In this document: positions 20,422 to 30,819 of the stretch, piece by piece | Numbering within the stretch: the first letter of the stretch is position 1 | Layout of the letters: every line of letters begins with the position of its first letter | NCBI GenBank assembly: GCA_963751455.1 | Contig: CAVVUN010000001.1 | Span: forward strand, 512,001-576,000 | Length of the DNA stretch: 64,000 bases | From: Nitrospirota bacterium | Lineage (GTDB): Bacteria > Nitrospirota > UBA9217 | Reading direction: 5' to 3' | The notes under the pieces: model-generated | Told to the model about the DNA's origin: nothing | Databases searched by the model: none | The model's input: only the letters and a program-made list of their open reading frames with translations | Position numbers and translations under genes: made by a program

Positions 20422-23416
20422 TTATCTCATCCTCTGAAGCAGGGCCACGGGGAAATTAGCAAAGACATCACTGAGCCATAACCCGGCCTTGCCATGCGCC
20501 AGGCGCCTGGCGGAAACTACTTCGCGGGTAAATATATTCCGGTACTCGGTCCCGGCTTCAACATCCAGAACGAGGTGCGTGTCCTGCCATACAGCCTTTC
20601 CGAACGGGACCGAGGTACTGCCACCCACGATATCTGGCCAGCAGTCTGGGTACGATTATAAACGCCGATTCGCGTTCAATTTTCCTTTCAAACGCACAGA
20701 CGCTGCGGCCCCGGGCTCCGGCAGCTTCGAGCATAGCGTACCCGCCCTCCAGAAATAAGCGCCGGTTCGCCCTGCGGAAATTGAGCGCCTTCCATATCAG
20801 ATACAGCATGATCCTGCCGTCATCCTTGCTTACTGTAAGCTCCCGGCACAATTCGGTTCCGGATTTGCGGGCTGCGAGCTCCTTCAAGCCTGAAAGCATA
20901 TGCTCCCGCTTATCGTAATCAACCGGCCTCCGGTTATCCGGATCCACCAGACTGAAATCCCAGAGCTCCCTGCCTTGATAAAAATCAGGCACTCCCGGGC
21001 ACGTAGTCTTCAACAGCGCCTGGGAAAGAGAGTAGAACATCGCGTAATGAGAAACAGAGCGTTGAAACGGCAAAAAATCATTCAGAAAAGGATTTTCAGC
21101 GGAGGGACGAAGGACTGTTTCTATGAAGGCGATTACGGCATCCTCATACGCTTTATTCTGGTTCGTCCAACTCGTATTCAGCTTAGCCTCTCGCAAGGCC
21201 TTCACCATATACTCCTTGATTCTCCCTATCAAATCGCCGTAAAACCGGCCGGCCGGCATAACAACCGGCCAGACGCCGACCAGGGTCTGGTAGAGAAGAT
21301 ATTCCTCGTTAAGGTCCGGCGCAGGCACGCTCTCTATGGAGATCTTCTTTTTCTTGTTCAGCTTGGCCCACTTTTTCAAGTGCTCCGCCCACTCAACAGG
21401 CATTTCCGAGAGAACGTTGATCCTCATGCGCACGTCCTCGCTCCTCTTGGTATCATGAGTGGAGGTTGTTATTAGGGCATGCGGCCAGTTCTTCACGCGC
21501 TCCATGTTCTGACCGTGAAAGGTCTCGAGCGGGGTGCCGAACCTGTCCGGCATTCCTCCCACCTCGTTCAGGGAGACGAGGCGGTTATAGACATAGAACG
21601 CGGTATCTTCGAGGCCTTTCGCCATGACCGGGCCGGTAATCTGCTGAAAGCGCATTACGAAATCGACCCACTTGGCCTTGTCCTCATCCTTGAAGTCTTT
21701 GGGACACCGCACGAGCAGAATGTCCTTCAGAAAATCGAAAATGGATTCGCTGATTGCCGGGTTGCGGCGCTTCGCCTTGGACACTGCCAATTCTATATAT
21801 TGAGAATCCCGGTCCGTAACATGACAGCTGTTGATATAGGTCCGGTACACCGGGAAGGAGGCGATGACGTCGACAATGGCGCTGCGCAGGCTATAGAGCG
21901 TAAAATCCCGTGTGTGACGGTTTTTTTCGGATATATCGTTCAGGTAGCGTCCCAGCGTATTGACTTCACTCGACATGGCCACCTGCATCACGAGTTTCTT
22001 TTTTTCGTAGAAAACATCCTGGAAATTGAGCCTGGATCTTATGAATTTTTGATATATGAGCTCGAACGCCTTCGCGTTCTCGCCGTCGATGAAAATACCG
22101 TTTACGGAATTCAGGAAGACATACCCGGTCGTGCTGAAAATCGGCCACTCGCGCGGCATTCGTTCGCTCCTGGTAAGTATCTTTTCACCGACGATGTAAA
22201 ACGGCTTATACTCGGGATCCTGCTGAAGCGCGGCCCTGTATTGCTTCGCAAGCTCTCGCTCTTCTCCCGGCGTGCCGTTCCCGTTCGGACCGCCGCCTGC
22301 GAACGCGTATTTTGCGGCTTTTACGATCTGAACGAAGCACCCCTCCTGTAACCGATGGAAATAATCGTCCGGATCATACAAGCCGTCGGGATGGTCGACA
22401 CGAAGGCCGGTGACGCTTTTGTCCCGTATCAGCCGGAAAATAAGCTCATGGGTAGCTTCGAAAACCCCGGGATGTTCCATCCGGATGGCTGCCAGGCCGT
22501 TTATATCGAAAAATCTGCGGTAGTTGATCTCATCCGTGGCCACCCTCCAGTGAGACAGCCGGTAAACCTGCTGGTTCATAAGGCCGTCGAGGAGATCAAA
22601 GCTCTTCGGGTCTCCTTTTGTTCCGTTGAACAGCCGCACGTTTTTATCAATGTGCGCCTTGATCTCCCTGGAGCTTGAATACAACGTGGAGAGTCGGCGT
22701 TTGATCACCTTTTTCTCGCGATACCGCTCTTCAATCTTTTCCCTGTCCCTCTCAAAGGACGACGGCAGGTGTTTCAATGCCGTGATAACGCTCAAAAACT
22801 CTACGAGGTCCGGGTTATCATTCTGCAGAGCCGCCTCGAGCACATGCAAATGGTGCTCGAGGATAAGAACATATGTCTGGGGCTGCACAGGGAACTTATG
22901 CTCGTAGTAATACAGAAAAAAAGCTCCCTCTTCAAAAGATATTGTAAGGTCAGGCGCTTCCAGCGCCCTCCCGTATTGATCGCCAAGTATGGGGATCAGG
23001 ACTTTGTTGAGGAGCTCTTTCTTGACCGGCGACCAGTCGATATCGAAATACTTCGCATAGGGCGAACTCTGCCCGTTTTCGAGGAGGTCCGTCCACCACC
23101 GGTTGTCAGGGTCCTCGATGCACATATGGTTCGGAACAATGTCGAGCAACTGTCCCATACCGTGGCGGTTCAATTCGGCGACCATAGCCTGATAGTCGTC
23201 CTCGGTGCCTATTTCCGGATTGAAGCTATTGTGGTCCACGATATCGTATCCGTGCATGCTTCCCTGCTTTGCCTTGAAATAGGGCGAGGCATAGATATCG
23301 GTTATCCCGAGGTCGTGGAGATACGGGATAATCCGGGCGGCATCCCTGAAGGTGAAGTGACGGTTGAACTGGAGCCGGTAGGTGGCGCCGGGTATTTTCG
23401 GTACAGGCAGATCCAT
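20422..23416 (-). CDS. treY: Malto-oligosyltrehalose synthase, with a frameshift near 20630
   Basis: ATYRLQF, GSMHGYD, DIVPNHM, NYRRFFDIN, GLRVDHPDGL, STHDTKR, PGVPDFYQG; the C-terminus (WQDT...FPVALL) is in ORF 20422..20628. Confidence 0.9.
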
Positions 23417-23581
23417 AATCAGCGTTCCTTCCCTTGCGGCCTGTTAAAGTATTAAAGAAACTCAATCACATCGGTAAACCAAACAAAAGCAAATAATATC
23501 ACCACACCCTGCATTCGCGGCGTAGCACTCATGACCGCTGGGTGCAGGCAGAGGACACAGCATTTGAGAAAGAATCATAAT

Positions 23582-23716
23582 TGATGAAATCGTAAGAAGT
23601 CAGAATAAGCCCTATTTCGTCATACCGGCGAAAGCCGGTATCCAGTCTTTTCAATGAGTTCAATGTTTACTGGACCCCGGTTTTCACCGGGGAGACGACT
23701 TTTTACGAATGCATCA
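23582..23716. mobile_element. MITE-like element carrying a CGTC-type REP pair
   Basis: Terminal IR TGATGAAATCGTAAGAAGTC / GACTTTTTACGAATGCATCA, flanked by TAAT on both sides. Confidence 0.65.
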
Positions 23717-23723
23717 TAATAAT

Positions 23724-23853
23724 TGCTGAAACCGTAATAATTCAAAATTTTCACACGGAGCCACGGAGCCACGGAGAAATAGCGCTGAAAACAAAGATGG
23801 TTTTCTTTGTGTCTTTGTGGCTTTGTGTGAGACTAGTTTTTACGAATGAATCA
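23724..23853. mobile_element. Second MITE-like element of the same family carrying a nonamer-triplet inverted repeat
   Basis: TGCTGAAACCGTAA ... TTTTTACGAATGAATCA, TAAT flanks. Confidence 0.55.
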
Positions 23854-23910
23854 TAATAGAAATTGTCCTTCTCTGTGCCTCCGTGTCTCCGTGGTTAAAA
23901 TTAGTGTTTG

Positions 23911-25806
23911 TCATGCTCCCTTCCCTTCAGCCTGATACATCACTGCGCTGAAGGGGTTCATGGAAACAAGCACTTGCTCGCCAGTCGAAACGATCGCCTG
24001 TTGCGCTATTTCTCCGCTTCCTCCCCATACCGCCGCAGTTGAATCCATCAGCTTCGTCCAGGAGCCTGCTCGCACGATTACCGGGATAGCGGTCGGGTGC
24101 TCGTTGAATGAGTAGATCATCGTAACCCGGCTGCCTTCCCGCCCCCTTCGCACGACTATGGCCCGCTCCCTGTCAAAACCAGTCACCTCCATGTCTTCTT
24201 TGGTCAGGTTCGAAAGCGCGGGAATCGCTTTCCGAATGCGAATCAGCATTTTATAATAATCGAACAGGATCTTATGCCTGCCGGACGTGCGGAGAGCAGG
24301 CGCGAGCTTCGACCGCAGAAACGTTTTTTCGTCCTGCGGGTCCGGGACTTCTCCGTCCCATTCAAAATGGGAGAATTCCATGCTCCTTCCTTTTCTGACC
24401 GCTTCGATAAGGGTGTCATGAATGTGGCTCACAAAATACTGAAACGGCGCTTTCTCTCCGTATTCCTCGCCCATGAACAGAAGCGGTATATAGGGGGAAA
24501 GTAAGATACAGGCTGCCGCAAGCTTGACTTGTTCGAAGGACGCGATCGAGAATAAGCGCTCGCCGAGCATGCGGTTGCCGATCTGGTCATGGTTCTGGGT
24601 GCAGACGATGAATTGACGCGGGTGCCTCTCCCGTGATGAACTTCCGTGACTCCGTTTGCGGTAACGGGAATAAGCACCCGAGTAGACAAACCCTTCTCTG
24701 AAGGCCTTTGCCATCTGTTCTATTGTGCCGAAGTCCAGGTAATATCCTTTCCGTTCACCGGTAATGAGCGTATGAAGCGAGTGATGGAAGTCGTCGTTCC
24801 ACTGCGCATCCAGTCCATAGCCGCCGATATCCCGGGGATTTATGATCCTTACATCGTTCAGGTCGCATTCGGCTGTTATGAATATTTTTCTCCCTAGTTC
24901 GCGGGCCCGGGCATGGACCGCATTTGCCAATTTCTCCAGGAAATGACCTGGTTTGAAATCGTAGATCGTATCGACGGCATCCAGCCTCAGGCCGTCCATG
25001 TGATACTCCGTTACCCAGAACAGGGCGTTCTGGACGAAGTAATTCCGGACCTCATCGCTGTAAGGGCCGTCATAGTTCAGGGCATCTCCCCAGGGCGTTT
25101 TGTATTTGCCGGTAAAGTAAGGCGCGAAATCGGCAAGATAGTTCCCATCGGGACCCAGGTGGTTGTAAACCACGTCGAGAATGACGGCAATGCCCTTTCC
25201 GTGACAGGCATTTACCAGCGCCTTCAAACCGGACGGTCCGCCGTAGGAACTTTGAGGAGAGAAGGGATAGACGCCGTCATACCCCCAGTTCCTGGTTCCC
25301 GGAAACTGGGCAACGGGCATGATTTCGACGGCTGTTATGCCGAGTTCTTTGAGATAATCGAGCCGCGGGATAACGGCTTCGAACGTCCCCTCCGGTGTAA
25401 AGGCGCCTATATGAAGTTCATATATGATGTATTCTTCGAGAGAAATGCCTTTCCATGCCTGGTCGTCCCACGGGAACTCGCCGGGATCGATCAGCTCGGA
25501 CGGATCGTGCACGCCTTCAGGCTGGGAGCGGGATGCGGGATCAGGCCGGTCTTTTTCATTATCAATCCGGAACACATAGCGCGCTCCGGGCAACAGGCCG
25601 GTTACTGTCGTCTTCCAGTAGCCCCGGTCGTCCCGGCTCATCGGTTTTATCCGGGGCTCAGGTGATGCTATTTTTACGGAAACACTTTCCAGAAGCGGGG
25701 CCCAGACCGTAAAATCACACGTTCCGTTTCCGCGATACACGGCGCCGATATCGGCCAGTTCATCTTTGCGAGCTGTGCCCACTGCCGACCACCTCTGTTC
25801 GCGCAT
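23911..25806 (-). CDS. treZ: Malto-oligosyltrehalose trehalohydrolase
   Basis: FTVWAP, PDPASR.QPEGVH, RNWGYDGV, DVVYNHLGP, LRLDAV, QNHDQIGNR. Confidence 0.92.
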   Translation of the reverse strand: MREQRWSAVGTARKDELADIGAVYRGNGTCDFTVWAPLLESVSVKIASPEPRIKPMSRDDRGYWKTTVTGLLPGARYVFRIDNEKDRPDPASRSQPEGVHDPSELIDPGEFPWDDQAWKGISLEEYIIYELHIGAFTPEGTFEAVIPRLDYLKELGITAVEIMPVAQFPGTRNWGYDGVYPFSPQSSYGGPSGLKALVNACHGKGIAVILDVVYNHLGPDGNYLADFAPYFTGKYKTPWGDALNYDGPYSDEVRNYFVQNALFWVTEYHMDGLRLDAVDTIYDFKPGHFLEKLANAVHARARELGRKIFITAECDLNDVRIINPRDIGGYGLDAQWNDDFHHSLHTLITGERKGYYLDFGTIEQMAKAFREGFVYSGAYSRYRKRSHGSSSRERHPRQFIVCTQNHDQIGNRMLGERLFSIASFEQVKLAAACILLSPYIPLLFMGEEYGEKAPFQYFVSHIHDTLIEAVRKGRSMEFSHFEWDGEVPDPQDEKTFLRSKLAPALRTSGRHKILFDYYKMLIRIRKAIPALSNLTKEDMEVTGFDRERAIVVRRGREGSRVTMIYSFNEHPTAIPVIVRAGSWTKLMDSTAAVWGGSGEIAQQAIVSTGEQVLVSMNPFSAVMYQAEGKGA

Positions 25807-25847
25807 GTTGTCTCTGCGGTAGCGGTTGAAACGCCTTATTCCGGAGA

Positions 25848-27059
25848 TTACATCTCCAGCACCCGTCTGCCGTCGCTCTCTACCGAGTACCAGATCGAGA
25901 GGTAATCACGGATCTGTCTTGTTATCAGAAAATTAGTCCGGACGTGTTCCCGGGCCAGTTCACCCATTCTTTTCTCCATATCGGGATTGTTCAGGAACTG
26001 CCGGATCCTGAACGCCGCGCCCTCCGCGGAATGAACGAGAAAGCCGTTGACGCCGTGAACGATCTGAAGGGGAATGCCGCCGACGGCCCCGCCGATTATC
26101 GGCTTTCCTTTCCACATGGCCTCGGACACGGTAAGACCGAACCCTTCCTTGAGCGATTTTTGCAGCACCACGGTAGCCAGCCTTTGAAGGGCATTGATGT
26201 CCTTATCGCTGAACGGAGGCAGCAGCAGGATGCGTATGTCAGGATCGTCGGCCGCGCTCTTCCTCACTTCGTTAAGGACCATTTCCCCTTCCGGGTCGTC
26301 GGACGCCGGGCTCCCGGCAAGCACCAGGATGCAGTCATTGTACTTCTTCACCATGCGGTACGCGTTGATCACGCCGATAGGGTCCTTGAACCTGTCGAAC
26401 CGGGAAACCTGGAGGAGCATCGGCCTGTCCGGCGGGATATCGAACTTGATTGCGGTGTCCCGGATTTCATTCTCGGTAAGGTCCCGGTTCTTTTCGCTTA
26501 CCGGGTCAATGGAGGGAGGGACGATGAATTCATCGAGCGACATCTTCTTCGCGAATTTTGAAACCGAGAAAACAGCGGCGTCGTACTGTTCGCAGTACGG
26601 CTTGAGCGAGTCCCATGTTTCCTTCCGGGGGTTCGAGACATCGATATGGCATCTCCAGATCCACGTCCCGTTTTTTCTGAACTGGATAAGCGGGGCAGGC
26701 TGGGGATCATGGATGAGTACCGCATCCGCCTCCAGGTCAAGGTTTTCCGCGTTTCTCCGGTTTACCTCGTAATGATAGTCCCACATCTGCCGCGTAATAT
26801 TTTCCTGATCGCCCTGGAGCGAGTTATGGACCTTTTTGGTCATGTCGTAAAACTGAGCGTCTCCGCTGATGACCTCCCATCGGGTGTCCACGCCAAGCTC
26901 CTGCAGCATGGGGATCATGCGGTGCAGTATCTCGGCCACTCCGCCCCCTTCCCGTGTGGAGTTTATATGAAGAAATTTCTTCTTCTTCAGCCGCTCCCCC
27001 AGTTTCTGGATGAGCATCAAATCGCCCTTCGGAGCTATTCCGTAATATTGGCTAAGCAT
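25848..27059 (-). CDS. treT: GT4 glycosyltransferase, trehalose synthase TreT-like
   Basis: NSTREGGGVAE, IHDPQP, WRCHID, QVSRFDRFKDP, EGFGLTVSEAMWK. Confidence 0.85.
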   Translation of the reverse strand: MLSQYYGIAPKGDLMLIQKLGERLKKKKFLHINSTREGGGVAEILHRMIPMLQELGVDTRWEVISGDAQFYDMTKKVHNSLQGDQENITRQMWDYHYEVNRRNAENLDLEADAVLIHDPQPAPLIQFRKNGTWIWRCHIDVSNPRKETWDSLKPYCEQYDAAVFSVSKFAKKMSLDEFIVPPSIDPVSEKNRDLTENEIRDTAIKFDIPPDRPMLLQVSRFDRFKDPIGVINAYRMVKKYNDCILVLAGSPASDDPEGEMVLNEVRKSAADDPDIRILLLPPFSDKDINALQRLATVVLQKSLKEGFGLTVSEAMWKGKPIIGGAVGGIPLQIVHGVNGFLVHSAEGAAFRIRQFLNNPDMEKRMGELAREHVRTNFLITRQIRDYLSIWYSVESDGRRVLEM

Positions 27060-27773
27060 GGTGGACCCCCGCTGCTTCCATCTGGGTTCTCACTTCCGCG
27101 CCGACTGCCGCGCTATACCCCGCTGTTTCCATGTCCTTTTTCACTTCCTCTTCCAGGACAGCCACGATTCGCCCGCGGATCCCTTCCATGGAATGCACGA
27201 AAGGATCTATGGCCATCAGCTTTTCAGCAGCGTCCTTCTTTCCCTGTGCTGTTTCCAGCCATTGAGAGAAGTCGTTCATCCTTCCGCCCAGACGCTGCCG
27301 GGAATCGAAAAAGTGGTAATAGAGAGACGTGGGATCGATGTATTTGATTGCCAGTAGAAACTCGGCAAGGTTTTTCACCCAAACGCCTGCCGGAAAGACA
27401 AGGGTTATCGTTTCGTTGAAATAGAATTCGTCTCCCCGCCTGGTCTCCCGGGGTTCAGGGAACCGCTCTAAATAAGCATCGATCACGCGAATCAGCTCGG
27501 TTCGAAGCGAATCGATGGTCTTGAAATCATACGGATCTATATTCGACAATTCCTCCGCCAATTCACGTTCTTCGAGGTTCTCTCCGGCCCATTGTGCGAA
27601 ATCATTCGTATATTCCAGAACGTGACCTTTTAGAAAATATTGGTGCACATGGTGAAACAGGGATGATTCGCTTTCAATGCTATGACGTCACGCAGTTCAG
27701 CAAGCGATTTCGCCATGTTGCCTGTCGCCTTAAGCAGCGTTGAACATTGTTTAAATTGGAATACACCGTCCAT
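27052..27773 (-). CDS. DUF5752-like protein (TreT-associated), with a frameshift near 27675
   Basis: MDGVFQFKQC..ATG..A..L.EL continues in another frame with FHH.HQY..YTNDFAQW..NDFSQW; adjacent to treT. Confidence 0.65.
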
Positions 27774-27801
27774 GGTTTCCTTTCCTCTCCCCCTAGGGGG
27801 C

Positions 27802-27939
27802 CTGGCAGGCTGTTGAAAAACCCTCCGCTCACCCTTCGACAGGCTCAGGGCGAACGGAGGGAGCCTTGAAATCCTTGCTTTTATCCGTTCGTGGTGAGCC
27901 TGTCGAACCACTCAAACGACTTTTTCAATAACGTGCTAG
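27802..27939. mobile_element. MITE-like element with internal CCTTCGACAGGCTCAGG palindromic pair
   Basis: Ends GCAGGCTGTTGAAAAA / TTTTTCAATAACGTGC. Confidence 0.6.
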
Positions 27940-28158
27940 ACCTTATCCGGCAACGCCGGCCTGAAGTTACTGAATGTTTTCGATCGTAACCATAATATTT
28001 AAAATATAGTTAGCAGAACGTTGTTTGTCAAAAAGATCGTACAAGTGGCTTAAGCCAATCGTTCGATAAACAGGAGTAAACAGCAGGAAAACAAATGCCG
28101 CGCCGGGTGTGATTTGAATCACGGCAACTATGAACCAAATGAAGGAAAAATCAATACC

Positions 28159-29535
28159 ATGAGTGTTGTTGCAACAGACCCCGTACTCCAGGTCGACCGT
28201 CGGAAGGATTACCGTGTCAGGAAGACGCTGCGGTACTCCCTGCATGAAGGCGCTTTTTCGGCCGCCATGATCGGGTTCGGGGAGTCTTTCTTTGCTGCAT
28301 ATGCGCTTTTCCTCAAAGCCACTACTTTCCAGGTCGGCATGCTGAGCGCTCTGCCGCAGGCAATCGGTTCGCTTTGCCAGTTTTTTTCCAACCTGCTGAT
28401 CCGCCGCCTCGGTTCCCGTAAAAAACTGGTCGTTTGGGCAGCGCTGCTCCAGGCCCTCGTGTACATACCGGTAGCCCTTGTTTTTTTCTTCGGCCATTTC
28501 AAGGTATGGCACCTCATTTTCTTTGCCTCTCTATACTGGTCCTTTGGAATGATATTGAGCCCGTCCTGGAACAGCTGGATGGGAGAACTCGTGAACGAAA
28601 ACCGGCGGGGCGCGTATTTCAGCCGCAGGACAAAGATCACGGGCATGGCAACATTCCTCGCGCTCCTCTCTGCCGGGTATATCCTGGAGCAGTTCGCGCA
28701 TGCGGGCATAAAAAAACAGTATATCGGGTTTACCATCATCTTCGCGATAGCGTTCGCAAGCCGTATCGCGTCCGTGGTCTTCCTTTCCAAACTATACGAA
28801 CCTCGTTATGTGGTCCCCCGGGAAGCGGAATTCGGCTTTCTTGATTTCCTGCAGAACAAGGAATTCACGAACTACCGGACGTTCGTTATGTATCTGGGCT
28901 TTATGAACCTGGGCGTGTTCCTGTCGGCGCCTTTCTTTACCCCGTACATGCTCACTGATTTGAAATTAAGTTATATTACTTTCACGCTGGTAAATGCGTC
29001 CGCGATCATAACGAAGGTGTTGTCGATGAGGGTCTGGGGTTGGGCGACCGACCGCTTCGGCGCACGCCGCGTGCTCAAGCTTGCCGGTTTTCTCATGCCC
29101 GTGGTGCCGGTGCTGTGGCTCGCCTCGCGGGACGTCAGGTGGCTGGTCGCGATCCAGGTCTATTCGGGCTTTGTCTGGGGAGGTTTCGAGATCGCGACCA
29201 TCAGCTTCATTTTCGATACCACCACGCCTTCCAAGCGGGCAACCTGCGTGGCCTATTATAACGTGATCAGCGGGTTCACCCTGATCAGCGGGGCGATGCT
29301 CGGCGGCTTCATTGTACGGTATAATCACGTGTTCGCGTCAAGCTACCTGCTCGTCTTTCTCCTGAGCGGCGTACTGCGGTTCGGGGCGTCATTCCTGCTG
29401 CTGGGGCGGCTGAAGGAAGTACGTACGGTCGAAAGGATAGGCTATCCGCAGCTGTTCATGAAAGTCATCAGGAGCATGCCAACAATGGGACTCTTATATG
29501 AGCTGATTCCGTTCAGGCGGGAAGCGGAGGACTAA
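28159..29535 (+). CDS. MFS transporter
   Basis: About 12 hydrophobic segments, DRFGARR motif; ATG 28159 preferred over TTG 28114. Confidence 0.85.
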   Translation: MSVVATDPVLQVDRRKDYRVRKTLRYSLHEGAFSAAMIGFGESFFAAYALFLKATTFQVGMLSALPQAIGSLCQFFSNLLIRRLGSRKKLVVWAALLQALVYIPVALVFFFGHFKVWHLIFFASLYWSFGMILSPSWNSWMGELVNENRRGAYFSRRTKITGMATFLALLSAGYILEQFAHAGIKKQYIGFTIIFAIAFASRIASVVFLSKLYEPRYVVPREAEFGFLDFLQNKEFTNYRTFVMYLGFMNLGVFLSAPFFTPYMLTDLKLSYITFTLVNASAIITKVLSMRVWGWATDRFGARRVLKLAGFLMPVVPVLWLASRDVRWLVAIQVYSGFVWGGFEIATISFIFDTTTPSKRATCVAYYNVISGFTLISGAMLGGFIVRYNHVFASSYLLVFLLSGVLRFGASFLLLGRLKEVRTVERIGYPQLFMKVIRSMPTMGLLYELIPFRREAED

Positions 29536-29546
29536 AGGCCCTTAAA

Positions 29547-29644
29547 CGCACCCTGAAGGGTGCGGCTACCTGGGATCATCAATGTGCTGCCTTTTGGCAG
29601 CCGCAGGACTTCGGCGAGCTCAGTCGAGTCGCTTTAGCCCTGCG
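29547..29644. repeat. GTAG-REP doublet with a nested ~23-bp hairpin insertion
   Basis: Direct-repeat homolog of 30635-30708. Confidence 0.7.
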
Positions 29645-29675
29645 AAATATCGCCTTTTCATTCTATTGGCTTCGC

Positions 29676-29951
29676 TCATCGCTCACCTGAAAACCTCTGA
29701 GCAGCGCGTGCTCGTGCCTTGGCTTTCTCTTTTGCGCGGGTCCTCGGTGTTGCATTCGTCTCAAGCGAGTTCAGAAGGTTTTTGGAAACTGCCGCTACTT
29801 CATCAACGGCTGCAGCAAATGCAGGTTCGTTGCTTTTCGATGGCTTGTTGAAGCCGCTCACTTTTCTCACAAATTGCAATGCAGCCGCATGAATCTCTTC
29901 ATCCGTGACAGGCGGTTCAAAGTTGAACAGGGGTTTAATGTTTCTACACAC
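29676..29951 (-). CDS. DUF2277 family protein
   Basis: (M)CRNIKPLFNFEPPVTDEEIHAAALQFVRKVSGF; GTG start after GGAGG. Confidence 0.85.
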   Translation of the reverse strand: MCRNIKPLFNFEPPVTDEEIHAAALQFVRKVSGFNKPSKSNEPAFAAAVDEVAAVSKNLLNSLETNATPRTRAKEKAKARARAAQRFSGER

Positions 29952-29965
29952 AAGTTGCCTCCATG

Positions 29966-30520
29966 CTATGAGCAATGATGGTTACGGTCTTTCTGGTCCG
30001 GTAATTGGTCTGCCAGGACCTTTCGTATCGTACTTGTAATAAAGTTGTTATTGGGAATAAGAACTGTTTCTGAGTCCGTCTCGAGAGTCACATATCTCAA
30101 ATTAATATCAATGACCTTTCCTCTGATGCCGCTTACATCGATTGTATCCCCCAAATAAAATGGCGCATAAACGATGACCATCAAACCCGCCACAAGATTG
30201 GAAATGGCGTCTTTTAATGCAAGGCCAAGGGCAAATCCGGTCAGGCCCAGCCCGGCAACCAGGGCTGTTATGTTAACACCCACAGTGCCCAAAGCGGAAA
30301 TCGCGCCTGCCCCTACAATTACGGTATTAATGCTGCCGGCAATGAGCCGGTAGACGCGGTTTGCCTGCACGGTCTTGCGTTTCCCAAGTCGTCGAAGCAG
30401 CGAAGAAACAAACCAACCCGTAAATATAAATACGGAAAGGACAAACAAGGCGAGCAACATTCTTTCGGAGTAATCCAGGAATATTTTTTTGGTGTAATCC
30501 ACGAAGAGTTCTTTAAGCAT
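29966..30520 (-). CDS. Small-conductance mechanosensitive channel family protein
   Basis: ALVAGLGLTGFALGLALKDAISNLVAG, PF.LGD.I, IPN. Confidence 0.85.
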   Translation of the reverse strand: MLKELFVDYTKKIFLDYSERMLLALFVLSVFIFTGWFVSSLLRRLGKRKTVQANRVYRLIAGSINTVIVGAGAISALGTVGVNITALVAGLGLTGFALGLALKDAISNLVAGLMVIVYAPFYLGDTIDVSGIRGKVIDINLRYVTLETDSETVLIPNNNFITSTIRKVLADQLPDQKDRNHHCS

Positions 30521-30634
30521 AGTGTTCTCACGAGTAAACCGGACTTTTCGTTTAACTTCTTTTTTTACTCTATGTCACTATTTTATCTCGAATCGCTTTA
30601 ATAGTGATGACTGTCATAGCTCTCGCAGCATAAA

Positions 30635-30708
30635 CGCACCCTAAAGGGTGCGGCTACCTGGTTTATAATTAATGTGATACGTTTTGGTAGCCGCAGGCTT
30701 TAGCCTGC
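30635..30708. repeat. GTAG-REP doublet
   Basis: CGCACCCTAAAGGGTGCGGCTAC ... GTAGCCGCAGGCTTTAGCCTGC. Confidence 0.75.
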
Positions 30709-30819
30709 AAAAATTGTTTTTCAATAGCCTACCAGGAAGTGCATGTGGTTGAGGTTACTGTGTGGTAGAACGACTTAGGCCGTAGCTGTTTGCTAGGCAT
30801 GAGGCGCGGGAGGTAAGGA

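Noticed and set aside
27774-27911. N-terminal part of ORF 27630..27911 (MVRQAHHER...LSLSKG)
   Set aside because: Spurious translation of the palindromic MITE; the real start is probably ATG 27773
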